From Paraspadella gotoi (lineage: Eukaryota; Animalia; Chaetognatha): a DNA stretch of 64,000 nt. The DNA lies in the NCBI GenBank assembly GCA_051294375.1, contig CM119263.1, positions 21,374,494 through 21,438,493 of the forward strand, read 5' to 3'. Made by a program: the position numbers and the translations under genes. This document shows, one piece after another, positions 26,401 through 39,600 of the stretch. Numbering within the stretch: the stretch's first letter is position 1; the number at the start of each line of letters is the position of its first letter. Below the pieces are notes generated by a model. It was not told the DNA's origin. It saw only the letters and a list, made by a program, of their open reading frames with translations, and did no database searches.

Positions 26401-29400
26401 GTGCGCGCTTAGACATGCGATGGCCGGTGTGCCCCTTAATTGCTTTAGCGTGGAGGGAAAATTTTTCAGTTTTTCCCGTACGTGCATTCGTACACAAGCG
26501 CGCACGTTTTCTCATGTGCGAGAACGGAGAAAATGGACGTGGTACAAGGTTAGAGGCGAGGTCATCGTTTAATGTTTATGTCGTCTTTATTAAAAAAAAC
26601 AAACCATGATAATGGTTTGATAATAATATCACATTGATGGACTATATTATCGGTCATTGCACAAAAAAAAAAAAAAAAAAAAAAAAAAAACACCTTCGAG
26701 CCTCTACGGCCTCTACGGCCTTGGGTGAATCTCTCCTTTCACCGGCCGACAATCGCCGATCACGTGATCTCGAGGCTTACGTGGTCATTCATCGCCCTTC
26801 ACGCCCTTCACCAAAAATCGCCCGGGAGAGAGAGAGAGAGAGATTATTTGATCGATCACGTTGTTTAGTTCAAACGAATGTAATATATCTTAAAACTGTC
26901 CTATTTTATACCATATTCACCGCTTATACAATTGGAAAAAGACAAATATGTACAAAAAATTTCATTATTTAAAAACTCGTTTTCAAGCCGAGAAAAAAAA
27001 CTATTTTTATTATTTAAAAAATATTTTTTGTATAAAAACTTTTAGCTCGTTTTTAAAAATCTTTTGGGAGAGAAAAAAAAGTTATTTGGGCGAAGGATGA
27101 TGATAATGATGATGATGATAATGATGATGATGATAATGACGACGATGAGGATGTCATTTACATCGAAGGATAAGAAGAAAATCGCTCCCGGATTACGATG
27201 ACCGTAATAAAGTACGACGACGACGACGACGACGACGAGACCAATAAAAACAACACGATCGTTACGAAGACGACGCTGAAAACGACGAAAGTTATTTCGC
27301 ATTCGTTAAGTCTCCACCGTCGATTATCTTCTNNNNNNNNNNNNNNNNNNNNNNNNNNNNNNNNNNNNNNNNNNNNNNNNNNNNNNNNNNNNNNNNNNNN
27401 NNNNNNNNNNNNNNNNNNNNNNNNNNNNNNNNNNNNNNNNNNNNNNNNNNNNNNNNNNNNNNNNNNNNNNNNNNNNNNNNNNNNNNNNNNNNNNNNNNNN
27501 NNNNNNNNNNNNNNNNNNNNNNNNNNNNNNNNNNNNNNNNNNNNNNNNNNNNNNNNNNNNNNNNNNNNNNNNNNNNNNNNNNNNNNNNNNNNNNNNNNNN
27601 NNNNNNNNNNNNNNNNNNNNNNNNNNNNNNNNNNNNNNNNNNNNNNNNNNNNNNNNNNNNNNNNNNNNNNNNNNNNNNNNNNNNNNNNNNNNNNNNNNNN
27701 NNNNNNNNNNNNNNNNNNNNNNNNNNNNNNNNNNNNNNNNNNGGAGGAGTGGAGAAGAGAGGGAGGAGGAGAGGAAGGAAGAGTGAAGTCATGAAAGGGG
27801 GGCGTAAGGGGAGAATGAAAGTCCCGGTCAAAAACGAGACACAAGAGAAAAGGAAGGAAGCATAAAAATGCGAGGTGGAGGGAGAAAGGAGCCGAGGGTG
27901 GATGGTGGAGGTAGGGGTGGTCGTGGGAGTGGGTGGATGTGGATAGATTTGGTAAGGATAAGCATTTCTTCGTCTGGTGCACTAAGGTGAGTGTCTGAGG
28001 TAAGGTAATCGTGACAAGTGTATTGGGTCGGTGAGTTATTCTGTGGGTGAGGGAAGTCGAAAAAAACTAAATCGCCGGGCGTGTGGGACGGGGGAGGAAA
28101 AGGCGGGAGATTGGTGGGAGGCGTCGGGGGCGCGGGGGCGGCGTGGATGCGCGGGCACGATTAGGGTCCGTCTGGTCACTGGAGCGTGAAGGTCGGCAGG
28201 GAAAATGAATAGAGAAGAAACGATTATTATCATCATCAGCACTTTTGTTGCTGTTGTTGCTGTTGTTTTTTTTATTGCTTTTTTTATTTTTGTTTTCATT
28301 TCAGCCACGAAACCGTTTAAGGTCGATTAAAACAAACAAACGAAAAAAACAACAACAGAAATTGTTAAACGCAGAGAAGCCTCAGGGCGTAGGACGATTC
28401 GAGAAAACAATCGCCTTAAGTTTCGAGCGGGAAATCAAAGGAAAGTTTTTGCTTAGTTTTATAAAGTGGGTGAGTTCAGAAGAGGGGGGAGTGAGGGGGA
28501 GAGAGAGAGGGGGGGGTGTAGTGGGGAGTGAGGAAAGCGTCACTCGATCTGCTTAGCGTAAAATAAAAATAATGGAGTCTGGTCGTTCGAAAAAATCGTC
28601 GAAATTCGGATCGCTGATCTTTTTATTTCGGATCCATTTTCGAATCTGATTTATTATTTGTCGGCGAAAACAACATTGAAACTTGATAATTGTAGCCGAA
28701 TTGAAGAAAAGCGAAAAACCAAGCAATTAAATTCACAGATCGACCAATCAGCCAAACAACCAAATTAAGTCCAACGAAATCGCTGAATATGAAAATAATG
28801 AATTCAATTCCAGGAATGCTTTTATAATTTAGTCAGCTTAGCCTACGAAAAATCACAATCCTTAAAGCTTCGAGGACGCATTAAATAATTTTGTTTTGAT
28901 ATTTATATGTATCCGAAAAAAGCTTATGTAATTTGAATTAACGAATAAAAAGTAGGAACTAAGTTCGAATCAATAAAATCAATTTTTCATTATTCATCGA
29001 CATCTGAGATCGTTACACTTTTTTGAGCATAAAAAATGAGATGTAAATTTAATTAGGAGGTTGTATCTGCTTTTTCGAACCCCGATAATATTGCTGAGAG
29101 AGAGAGAGAGAGAGANNNNNNNNNNNNNNNNNNNNNNNNNGAGGAGAGAGAGAGAGCAGAGAGAGAAGAGAGAGATGAAGAGAGGAGAGAGAGAGATCGC
29201 AGAGAGAAGAGAGATAATAAAACAAAAAAATTATTGGCATTACTTTTGTAATTAGAGAAGAATACTAAGGAATTTTAACCCAAAACGATTAGATTATTTA
29301 TTTTACAGAATGACTTCCAGCATTGAAAAATTTAAAATTACAGCCTTAAAAAGCCATCGGTTTTGCATCGCAAGCTACTTTCCCTTCCCGAGAAAAAAAA

Positions 29401-30462
29401 CTGTCAGCTTGCCGATTGCTGACCGCGCGAACTGAACCGTATCTGACCGACGCATCGCGTTGCGCGCTTAAGCACATGCGATGGCCGGAGTGTGCCCCTT
29501 AATGCTTTAGCGTGGACGGGAAAATTTTCAGTTTTTCCCGTACGCGGGCATTTCGTACAACAAGCGCGCCACGGTTTCTCATGTAGTGAGAACGGAAGAA
29601 ATGGACGTCGGTTACAAGGTTAGAGGCGAGTCTATCGTTTAATGTTCTATGTCTCTTTATTTAAAAAAACAAAAACCTATGATAATGTATAAAATATCAC
29701 ATTGTATGGACTTATATTATCGGTCCATTGGCCAACAAAATCAAAAAAACAAAAAAAAAAAAAACACTCGAAGCCTCTACGGCCTCTACGGCCTTTGGGT
29801 GAATCTCTCCTTTCACCGCCGACAATCGCCCGATCACGCTGATCTCGATGCTTTACGTGGTCATTCATCGCCCTTCACGCCCTTCACAAAAATCGCCCGC
29901 GGAGAGAGAGAGGAGATCTTATTTGATCGATCACGTTGTTTTTAGTTCAACGAATGTAATATATCTTAAAAACTGTCCTTTTTATACCATATTCACCGCT
30001 TATACCATTGGAAAAGACAAATATGTACAAAAAAATTTCCATTATTTTAAAAACTCGTTTTCAAGCCGAGAGAAAAAAAACTATTTTTATTGATTTTAAA
30101 AAAATATTTTTTGTATAAAATTTAGCTCCTTTTTAAAAATTCTTTTGGGAGAGAAAAAAATTATTTGGCGCGAAGGATGATGATAATGCATGATGATGAT
30201 AATGTATGATGATGATACTGACGACGATGAGGATGTCATTTACATTCGAAAGGTAAGAAGAAATCGCTCCCGGAAATTACGTTTGACCGTAATATAAGTA
30301 CGACTGACCGACGACGACGACGACCAACGATCGACGAGTACAATAAAAACAACCACGATCGTTTACGAAAGACGACGCTGAAAATCGCACGAAATTTATT
30401 TCGCATCTCGTTAAGTCTCCATCCGTCGAATTATCTTCTCTCCTCTCTCTCTTTTTCTTCCT

Positions 30463-30540
<78 letters not shown>

Positions 30541-32079
30541 TCTCTCTCTTCTCTCTTGGTCGACTTTAGCGTCGATTCGAAAAGCACAAAAAAAAAGAAA
30601 AAAAAGTTTTTGGGTCCGGGGTTCGACCCGCTACGAATATGATTGACTCCCGGTTCGAACGCGGCAAAAGAGGAGGAGGAGGAGGAGGAGGAGGAGAGAG
30701 GTTAGGAGGATCGGGTCATAGGGGAGAAGAAAGAGGACGATACGAAACCGTGCATAATTGTTCCCGGTTTAAAGAAATAAGAAGGCCACTAAAAATCCCC
30801 CTCCTCTGTTAACTGCCCGATAACCACCAGCAGAACGGAGAAGGAGAAAGATGCAGAAGAGAGAGGCGAGAAAGGAAAAGACGAGAAGAAACGAGAGAGA
30901 GAGACGAGAGAGAATAGAGCACAAATAGAACGCAGACGAAAAGGAGGAGTGGAAAGAAAGAGGGAGGAGGAGGGAAGAGGAAGGAAGAGTGAAATCATGA
31001 AAGGGGGCGTAAGGGCGAGAATGAAAGTCCGCGTTCAAAAACGAGACACAAGAGAAAAAAGGAAGAAGCTATAAAAATGAAGAGGTGGAGGAGAAAGAAC
31101 CAGGGTGGATGGTGGGGTAAGGGTGGTCGTGGGAGTGGTGTGGATGGTGGATAGATTTGGTAAGGATAAGCATTTCTTCTCTGGTGCACTAAGGTTGAGT
31201 GTCTGAGGTAACGGTTAATCGTGACAAAGTGTATTGGGTTCGGTTGAGTTATTTCTGTGGTGAGTGGAAGTCGAAAAAAACTAAATCGCGGGCGTGTGGG
31301 ACGGGGGAGGAAAAAGGCGGGAGACTTGGTGGGAGGCGTCGGGGGCGCGGGGCGGCCGTGATGCGCGGGCACGATTTAGGGTCCCGTCTGGTCACTGGAG
31401 CGTGCAAGGTTCGGCAGTGGAAACATGAATAGAGAAGAAACGCATTATTATCATCATCAGCATTTTTGTTGCTGTTGTTGCTTGTTGTTTTTTTTATGCT
31501 TTTTTTATTTTTGTTTTTCATTTTCAAGCCACGAAACGTTTAAGGGTCGATTTTTAAAACCAAACAAACGAAAAAAACAACAACAGAATTGTTAAACGCA
31601 TGAGAACAGCCTCAGGGCGTTATGGACGATTCGAGAAAACAATCCCTTAAGTTTCGAGCGGGAAAATCCAAAGAAAGTTTTTTGCCTTAGTGTTTATAAA
31701 GTGGGTTTGAGTTCAGAGAGGGGGAGTAGTTGAAGTTGGGGGGAGGGGAGAGAGAGAGGCGGGGTGTAGTGGGGAGTGGAGGATAAGCGCTCACCTCGAT
31801 CGTCTTAGCGTAAATAAAAATAATGGAGTCTGGTCTTCGAAAAAATCGTCGAAATATCGGATCCTGATCCTTTTTATTTCGAATCCATTTTCGAATCTGA
31901 GTTTATCTCATTTGTCGGCGGAAACAACATTGAAACTTGATTAATTGTAGCGAATTGAAGAAAAGCGAAAAAACCAAGCAATTAAATCACAGATCGACCA
32001 ATCAGCCAAACAACCAAATTAAGTCAAACGAATCGTCTGAATATGTGAAAATAATGAATTCAACTTCCAGGATGCTTTT

Positions 32080-33905
32080 TGTGTTTTTTTTCCTTTCTTG
32101 TTTCGTTGTTATTTGATTGTAGAATACAAAGTTTGAAGAGAGACTTTAACAAACCGATTTTTTTTTCATAGTGAAACGGACTGTTTCGACTCACATTACG
32201 AGTCATTCTTCAGCGCCCATTCAATTTGTTGAATTTGAAGAGATATTTTGTGGCATAAAGACAAGAGAGAGAGAGGAGAGAGACAGAGCATAAGTTTTCC
32301 AACACAGAGCTTTGAGAGCAAAGGATAGTGTTCAGTTTTTTATTAGCGGACAGGTGAAGGTGAGGACAGCAATAGTTTGTGAAAAAGAAATTGAAATGGA
32401 GCAGAGAGAGAAGCAGAGAGCGAGAGAGAGAGAAGACAGCTTGCCTTAAAATTATATTACATTATGATAAATGCTTAACAAACAATGTTAAAATCTTGCG
32501 TAAACTTACTGAATGGAATAATATCAACAATTACTACAGTAATAAATTAGTTGAAATGAATAAGAAGTTCAGAAATGTGAAACTATTTTTATTGTTAGTG
32601 AGGCATAAGCTAAGTAATTAGGAAAAAGGGAAATTTCAAGTTAATAAGAAAGAAGCTCAAAAATGAGCCTGGCCCCCCTTGGTTGTGAACAAATGAAAGG
32701 CTAGATTGATGTAAGTCGGCTGGTTCATTGGTTTGTCTGTCATTGCTGAGAGGACAGGTTGGTGGAGCCTACTAGGTGCCAGAGCTGGAAGACTTTCCTT
32801 TCGCGGGAAGAAACCGAAAGGCTACTCGGAGTCTCCTTGGCCTGGTACGCCTGCCGACTGCCCTCTTCCTGCCGCTGCTGAAGGGTGCGGCGCCATTCTG
32901 CCAGCTTCGATTCAGAGGGGTGGCCTCCCCCCTTCCCGCTGCAGCCGTTCGCTTTGGGCGGGCGCTCAGTCACATGAGTAAGGGATCATGAGTTGCTGCA
33001 GTTTGAAGCGAAGAGGTCATCTTGCCATTGCCTGCGGCAAGGGTCTCCGCCTATTCTCGTTGAGTGGAGATGGGATACCTATGTGCCGATCGGGGATGAC
33101 GGGTCCTCACCACGCTTTTGAATAAGCGAATCATAGCTTTGGAGGGAGATCGAATCGTCCTCCCATCACGGTTCAAAGAGGCGCTCGAGGGCTTTGATGT
33201 TAGATTGCCTCTCTAAATACCTATTGCAAAACCAGCTTGCGGTCATGGGACAGCACCGAGGACAGTCTGATCTCTGAATAGATGCGCCAGTATAGCTCCT
33301 TTGTGTGTCGGCCTTATATCAGATAGGTAGTCGCTTCTAGCGTCACTGATAGGGTTCTCGTTATGCCTGCTGTGAATCGGTTCTCGTTAGAGACTTTCCT
33401 GGTCTCGCCCACGGTATGCTTGCTGCTGCAGGCTTGGTTGCCCGCCCCTGCCACAGGCCGCCCCCAAGTTAGACGGCTCCTGATGTTTTTGGTCTGGGGA
33501 TTTTATTCTTTCGGTCTTCACAATAGCTCACGCAGAGAGCCGCGGGCCGTCACTTGAGGCTGGCAGATCCCCTGCCTTTGCTAGCACCGCACCAATGACT
33601 CAGTGATCCCCTGGTGCGTACGGGCAGGGGACAGTGACCCACTCTTTGGGCGCTCTCCTGCTTATCTTCCGATTGCGCCTGTGGTGGGGCTTCGGTTGGC
33701 CACTTCAGCAGCAAGCTCTCCCTTTCTGCCTCCTGGGGACGGAGGTAGAAACTTGCATCAGCGGCTACTGGGCACCCCTAGGTGGCCACTGCCCTCAACA
33801 GACACGGCCGGTACCTAGCCCTCTCGAAGGCCCACAATGCGGTAACCATTGAACACTATGAAATAAAAATCGTTGTTAAATTCTCTTCAAACTTTGTTCT
33901 TAAGC
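32080..33905 (-). mobile_element. Penelope-like retroelement insertion (TSD, inverted pseudo-LTR segment, hammerhead motif); interior unreadable
   Basis: Absent at the homologous empty site (gaatgctttt, 28814-28823). Flanked by g(a)atgctttt at 32071-32079 and 33906-33915. Inverted repeat at 32121-32173 / 33854-33900. Hammerhead-like motif adjacent to the left repeat. No RT or GIY-YIG ORF recognisable. Confidence 0.65.
32174..32218 (-). ncRNA. Minimal type I hammerhead ribozyme-like motif
   Basis: Minus strand reads GGGCG-CTGAAGA(A)T-GACTC-gtaatgt-GAGTC-GAAAC-a-GTC-CGTTT: conserved CUGANGA and GAAA core, a 5-bp stem II, a GUC cleavage triplet and a G-U-rich stem I. Stem III is vestigial, possibly through read error. 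Confidence 0.65.
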
Positions 33906-34201
33906 GAATGCTTTTATTATTTAGTCCAGCTTAGCCTACGAAAATCACAATCCTTAAAGCTGATATATTTTATATGTATCCGAAAAAAGCTTATGTAATT
34001 TGGAATTAACGAATAAAAAAGTAGGAACTAAGTCTCGACATTCAATAAAATCCATTTTTCATTATTCTATTCGACATTCTGAGGATCGCTTCACTTTTAT
34101 TAGCATAAAAAATGAGCAATGTTAAATTAATTAGGAGGTTGTATCTGCTTTTTCGAACCCCGATTATATTGCTGAGAGAATGAGAGAGACGAGACGAGAG
34201 A

Positions 34202-34233
<32 letters not shown>

Positions 34234-34652
34234 TGACGAGAGAGAGCGAGGAGAGAGAGAGATAATGCAGCAGAGAGAGAGGACGATGAGAGATTTTAGA
34301 GAGAGAGATGAGCAGAGATGAGAGAGAGAACGAGGAGAGCACGAGAGAGATCGAGCGCTTTTTTTCCTCGTTTCGATTCTGCGATGATTCAAACTCGAGA
34401 GGAAAAGAAGGTCGACAAGGGTTATTGGCCCAAAGTATCGAAAAAGGAAGAAGAGTTAAAGGAATAAGTCGAAGATGTGAAAACTACTAAGGACGCTGAT
34501 TTTACGGGAGAAAGAATGGACAACATGGATGAAAATATGAGGAAGATGTTAGGATAACTAAGTTATTTTCAGAAAAGCAAATTTAGAGTATTACATGTTT
34601 CAATTTTTGTACCCTCAAACCTTAAGGGAAACGACGTTAAAAAAAAACTTAC

Positions 34653-34680
34653 AGTTTCAGACGAAATGTTGTAATATTTG
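34653..34680 (-). CDS. Candidate 28-nt internal microexon of an unidentified gene (KYYNISSET if entered in phase 2, NITTFRLK in phase 1)
   Basis: Minus strand: ttttttctgtttcttttgtcattcattag|CAAATATTACAACATTTCGTCTGAAACT|gtaagt, with a strong acceptor and a consensus donor. The phase-0 frame contains TGA. Confidence 0.45.
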
Positions 34681-35571
34681 CTAATGAATGACAAAAGAAA
34701 CAGAAAAAAAGAAAACATTACAAAATATAGGACACCCAGAAAGAGTTCACAGTTCGTTAAAACTATTTCCCGATCGTTAGCCCCTTCCTCGTTTCGGTGA
34801 GATTTTTTGCTTCTTTAACCGAATTTTTGTGAAAAAAAGAAAACTTTGACGAGTTAAAAACGGGAAGGGCCCGACGCCGCCACGCTCTGGACTTGTCAGG
34901 GCGACAGGTCGGCGCGAGGCTTTTTAACGCGTTCAATTAGGGGCTCAATCTCACACGAGTTAATCTTACTTAGGAAGTTGCGCTATTCATTTCTTTCGAC
35001 TGTCTCACGAAATGTCGACCGTTTTTTATAAACCTTTTGGATTACGTTTTTACGCTTCGAAAGAGTTTTACGAGTCGAAGAGAGAAAAAGGAAATTTTTT
35101 TGAATAATTTTTTCGACGCGCGACGAAAAAAATAAGAATTATGAGAGAGAGAATCGCGAATATGCAAAACGAATTTTTGGAAGAGCGAAAATTCGAAACT
35201 AAAAAAAAGCGGGAGGGGGAGGAGACCTTTCCTAAAAAGTCCCCACGACTATGACAAAAAACGACGACGACGACGACGACGACCGTGACGACGAAATCGA
35301 CGACGACGACGACGAGCCCGATCTCGTTCGCGAATTCCTCCCAATTTGGGATGCACGTGTTTTGGTGAACCTACTTTTTTTTCTCGGGTCCCTTTCCGCC
35401 TCACTCCTTCGAGAAGGAAAAAATAAGGAAAAAAATAAGGAAATAAACAAGGGAAGGGAATAAAAAAGGAGAGCAAGAGAGAGAGAGAAAAAAAATAATT
35501 TAAAATGGAATCTTTTTTTTAATTGAGGTCGGAGCGGATGGCATAAAAAAATTGAAAACAGAGACAGAGGA

Positions 35572-35680
<109 letters not shown>

Positions 35681-35792
35681 TATAAAAAGAATAAAAATCT
35701 GCAGGAGATTAACACGTAAAAAAGAATTAAGGGTAAAGAGAGAAATTCAACTTGTTGGAGTAAGGTGGTAAGATATAAGTTTTCCTTCATAC

Positions 35793-35941
35793 CGAAAACC
35801 AACATTAGAGTCTTCTTAACCCAAAAACCCCAACAGGGCATTTTGGACGATCGTCTTCCTCGAAAGTCTTCCACGCCCACGAAATGACAACAAAGGAAAA
35901 AGCTTCTTTAGCGTCTGCTGCAGCCAATGAGCAGACGATTA
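35793..35941 (-). CDS. Candidate exon with an alternative N-terminus (MPCWGFWVKKTL..., ATG at 35841)
   Basis: Acceptor ttttttttttgttcattgttgcag| at 35942. High-complexity island. Two possible donors: |gttggt after 35804 (phase 2) or |gtatga after 35793 (phase 1). Confidence 0.35.
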
Positions 35942-36556
35942 CTGCAACAATGAACAAAAAAAAAACGGTTATGAGAAAAAAAAGAGGAAAAAGGAAAGTG
36001 AAGAGGTGGGTGAAAATTTTTGTAAGTAGGAGTAATGGCGTGGTCTTGATCGTAAATGCAACCAAATTTAGAGAAATGAATTTACTCTAATGTTGAGCGA
36101 ATGATTAAGGTCGACTTTGTAGCTATATTTATCGATTATAGTTGTGGGAAAGCGTGTATTTTTAGAAAACTACTTTGTATTTAAAAGATTTTTGGAATTA
36201 AAAAACATTCCGCATCCCATTCCTGATTAAATTTTCGGGAAAAAAAAATAAGCCGAAAGAAAGAAATTAAAGAAGAAGCCCAAAACCAAAAAAAAAAAAG
36301 TTTTTGACCGAAATTTTTGTAGAAAAAAAAACGTTAACCATTTTTTTGCGCAATTTTAAAAACAACCTCTCCTCCTCCCTCTTCCTCTTCCTCCCTCTTC
36401 CTCTTCCTCCCTCTTTCTCTCGTACGTCCACACTACATTCTCCTCCTCCCTCTCCTCCTTCCTCTTCTCCTCCTCTTCCTCCTCACGCGCTTTTTCGCAT
36501 GGTGCAACTTTTTCATGGTGGCGGTTTGGAGAGAGAGAAGAGAGGAGAGAGAGAGA

Positions 36557-36600
<44 letters not shown>

Positions 36601-39600
36601 GTTTGCGTCGAAAGTCGGTTGATTTGACTCCGTTTTTACTTCGGGGTTTTTCGACTTTTCAAGGCCTTTCTCTCTCACTCCTCTCCCTCTCTCTCACTCT
36701 CTCCCCTCTCTCTCACTCTCTCTGTCTTTGTCTCTCTCTCTCTCACTCTCTCTCTCTCTGTCTCTCTTTTTCTCTCTCTCTCTCCCACACACTCTCTCTT
36801 CCTGATCCCGAGGGGAGAAAGTTAAACACGGTCTTTTAACCAAAAAAAAAAGGTTTACGCTCAGCTTTGTCTTTGCGTCTGCGTTTGATGTGTTTGAGTT
36901 TAAAATTTAAGATGGAATGAAAAAAGTTTAAAATTTCATAGAAAATTCAAAATAGCAGAGTTCCGCTCCACGATATAAAATGCTTAATGAAATTGTAACT
37001 ACCAATATTAAAAGGTATTTTGTCACTGACTTGGGATAGGCCAAGGTTCGTTATGGTTATGGTAAATGGTTATCTTATATTATACCATCTAAGAAAAAAG
37101 TATATCACATTTTTAGTGTAGGATATCTACTCAAAAACTTGTTCGTTTTTTAAAAGATCAGAATGTTTCAGGATCTACATTAAATTTCCTTTCAATAACA
37201 TCCTTTCATTTTTTCGTAGGTCAACTCGTTGAGAAGTTGGAGGTAAAAAAGATCGCTCAAGTGAAAAAGGGCGAAAAAAATCATGTTTAAATTATTTGTT
37301 TTTAGTTCGAATTGAGTTTAATTTTTTTAATTTTTTTTTTAATATGGGAATGCCAAATGAAGAGCACCTCTCTTTGGTTCATAAAGGTACCATTGTAGCT
37401 CTCAGAAAAGAAGAAAAATTGGCGGCCGGGCTAAAACAATCGCGTTAAAGGTGTGGAAAAACATTTCACCGTCATACCTCAATTCGCTGTACGAGAGCAT
37501 GCCCAGTTGTCGATACCAAGGGAGGTCATACCAAATATTGAAAATGTTAACAATTATGTGATATAATTTTTTCCTAGATAGTAGTAAAATAGCAGAAGCC
37601 TGCAAGCTGTATTTTAGCCATCATTAAGTACTTTAGGTTAAAATGAATCAATTACTACCTATTGTCACTGAGACAGTAAGCTATATTCTGCCGCCATTTT
37701 TATTTTTAAACTTTGGCGCCTTTTGTTTCGAATTTCCGCCTCCTTCTGATTCATTCTTCGATTCAGTGTCATCCTTCTTCGTTTTTCATCCCTGACCTAA
37801 AAATTAATATAATATGTGGGACCATTTTATACCCCTCAAAACAGTTTATCGTTAGAGAGAGAGNNNNNNNNNNNNNNNNNNNNNNNNNNNNNNNNNNNNN
37901 NNNNNNNNNNNNNNNNNNNNNNNNNNNNNNNNNNNNNNNNNNNNNNNNNNNNNNNNNNNNNNNNNNNNNNNNNNNNNNNNNNNNNNNNNNNNNNNNNNNN
38001 NNNNNNNNNNNNNNNNNNNNNNNNNNNNNNNNNNNNNNNNNNNNNNNTTTCTTCACTCAACGAACGGTAAAGGGTTTTTTCATACAGAAGAAAACGAAGA
38101 CGAGGCGAGAATTGGGGGGAGGGGGTTGCAGAGGGGCGGAGCCAGAATCTCGAGAGAAGAACAAAGACTTGAATGAGAAGAAGATCCGTGAAAAGGTAAA
38201 CTCATAGTGTTTCGGAAACGGTTTGTCGAGANNNNNNNNNNNNNNNNNNNNNNNNNNNNNNNNNNNNNNNNNNNNNNNNNNNNNNNNNNNNNNNNNNNNN
38301 NNNNNNNNNNNNNNNNNNNNNNNNNNNNNNNNNNNNNNNNNNNNNNNNNNNNNNNNNNNNNNNNNNNNNNNNNNNNNNNNNNNNNNNNNNNNNNNNNNNN
38401 NNNNNNNNNNNNNNNNNNNNNNNNNNNNNNNNNNNNNNNNNNNNNNNNNNNNNNNNNNNNNNNNNNNNNNNNNNNNNNNNNNNNNNNNNNNNNNNNNNNN
38501 NNNNNNNNNNNNNNNNNNNNNNNNNNNNNNNNNNNNNNNNNNNNNNNNNNNNNNNNNNNNNNNNNNNNNNNNNNNNNNNNNNNNNNNNNNTTTAAGTGGT
38601 TGGACTCGTAACGATGGATGGAATTTTGAGGAATGATTTTGTGGCGTTCATTTAATTCGATGGTTCTTTATATTTTTAGGGGTTGTCTTGTTAACTGGTT
38701 AAATGGTTAACTGTACCTATCAGGCACACCGGTTTATACATTAGCTGCTTATTATGGTAGAGAGAGGTTGGCTTCAGATGTCGATAGTACCAAAGAAACC
38801 GTTAATTAATTTAATTTAAATTGATTTCGTAATTTGTTTTTCGATGTTCGTATGTGCGCGTTTTTGCGTACGTTTAAACCTGTGTGCGGGTGGCCGAAGG
38901 CGCGCAACGACTTTGAAAAAGGTTAAATTCTGATGCGAAGAAAAAAACAAAACTTACGAGCTCAAGAAAAGACCTGAGATTTTCTCTCTTTTCTTTTCTC
39001 TCTTCTTCTTTATTCGTTTTTTCTTTCTTTTTTATCCGTTTTATCTCCGCAGAAAAAGGTCTAAATTTCCGACATGATAGAGATCAGTTCTGCTTTAAAA
39101 AAACTGGACGNNNNNNNNNNAATCAACAAGATAATTCAGAACTGAAGTAAAATAGATCAAGTGAATTTTAAAAAAGTTGAAAAAATAAACCGATATTGAT
39201 AAAATAACTGCAAATTAAGAAAAAATAGGCCTAACCGAGATAAACTGAGGTAAACAAAAGAAGCTAAACAATTACCAACTAGGGCCGAATAGGAAAACAG
39301 AGAAACTATAAAAAATAAAGCCAAATTATTGCAATTAAATTTGTTGGCTTCCGCTTTCGCGCCACCCACAAAACGCCTGAAGGCGAAATTATAAAAAAAA
39401 AGAGAATAAACCGCAAAAAAATCCGAAGGAAGTCTATGAGACATTTTTCAGTTTCTTGAAGCATTTCCTATTCATCTTTGTCATTGTCTCTTTCTTTGTC
39501 TAGATGTTTTTTTGTTTTCTTTTTTTTTCTTTCATTTAATCTTTCTTCTTGCTCTCCCACTTTCTCTTTTTTACTCCTTGTTTTGACTATCTCTCTCTCN

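Larger units (their letters stand above)
29141..34200 (+). other. Redundant noisy copy of ~26165-29115, probably the alternative haplotype
   Basis: Colinear from aaaattattggcat (26177 vs 29227) to atattgctgagag (29088 vs 34167), after a 25-N spacer (29116-29140). It fills the 27333-27742 gap, carries a 1.8-kb insertion and lacks ~27 bp (tcgaggacgcattaaataattttgttt, ~28870-28896). Confidence 0.85.

Noticed and set aside
8300-34200. True segmental or tandem duplications
   Set aside because: Indel-dominated divergence, 25-N junctions and a gap filled in only one copy point to assembly redundancy.
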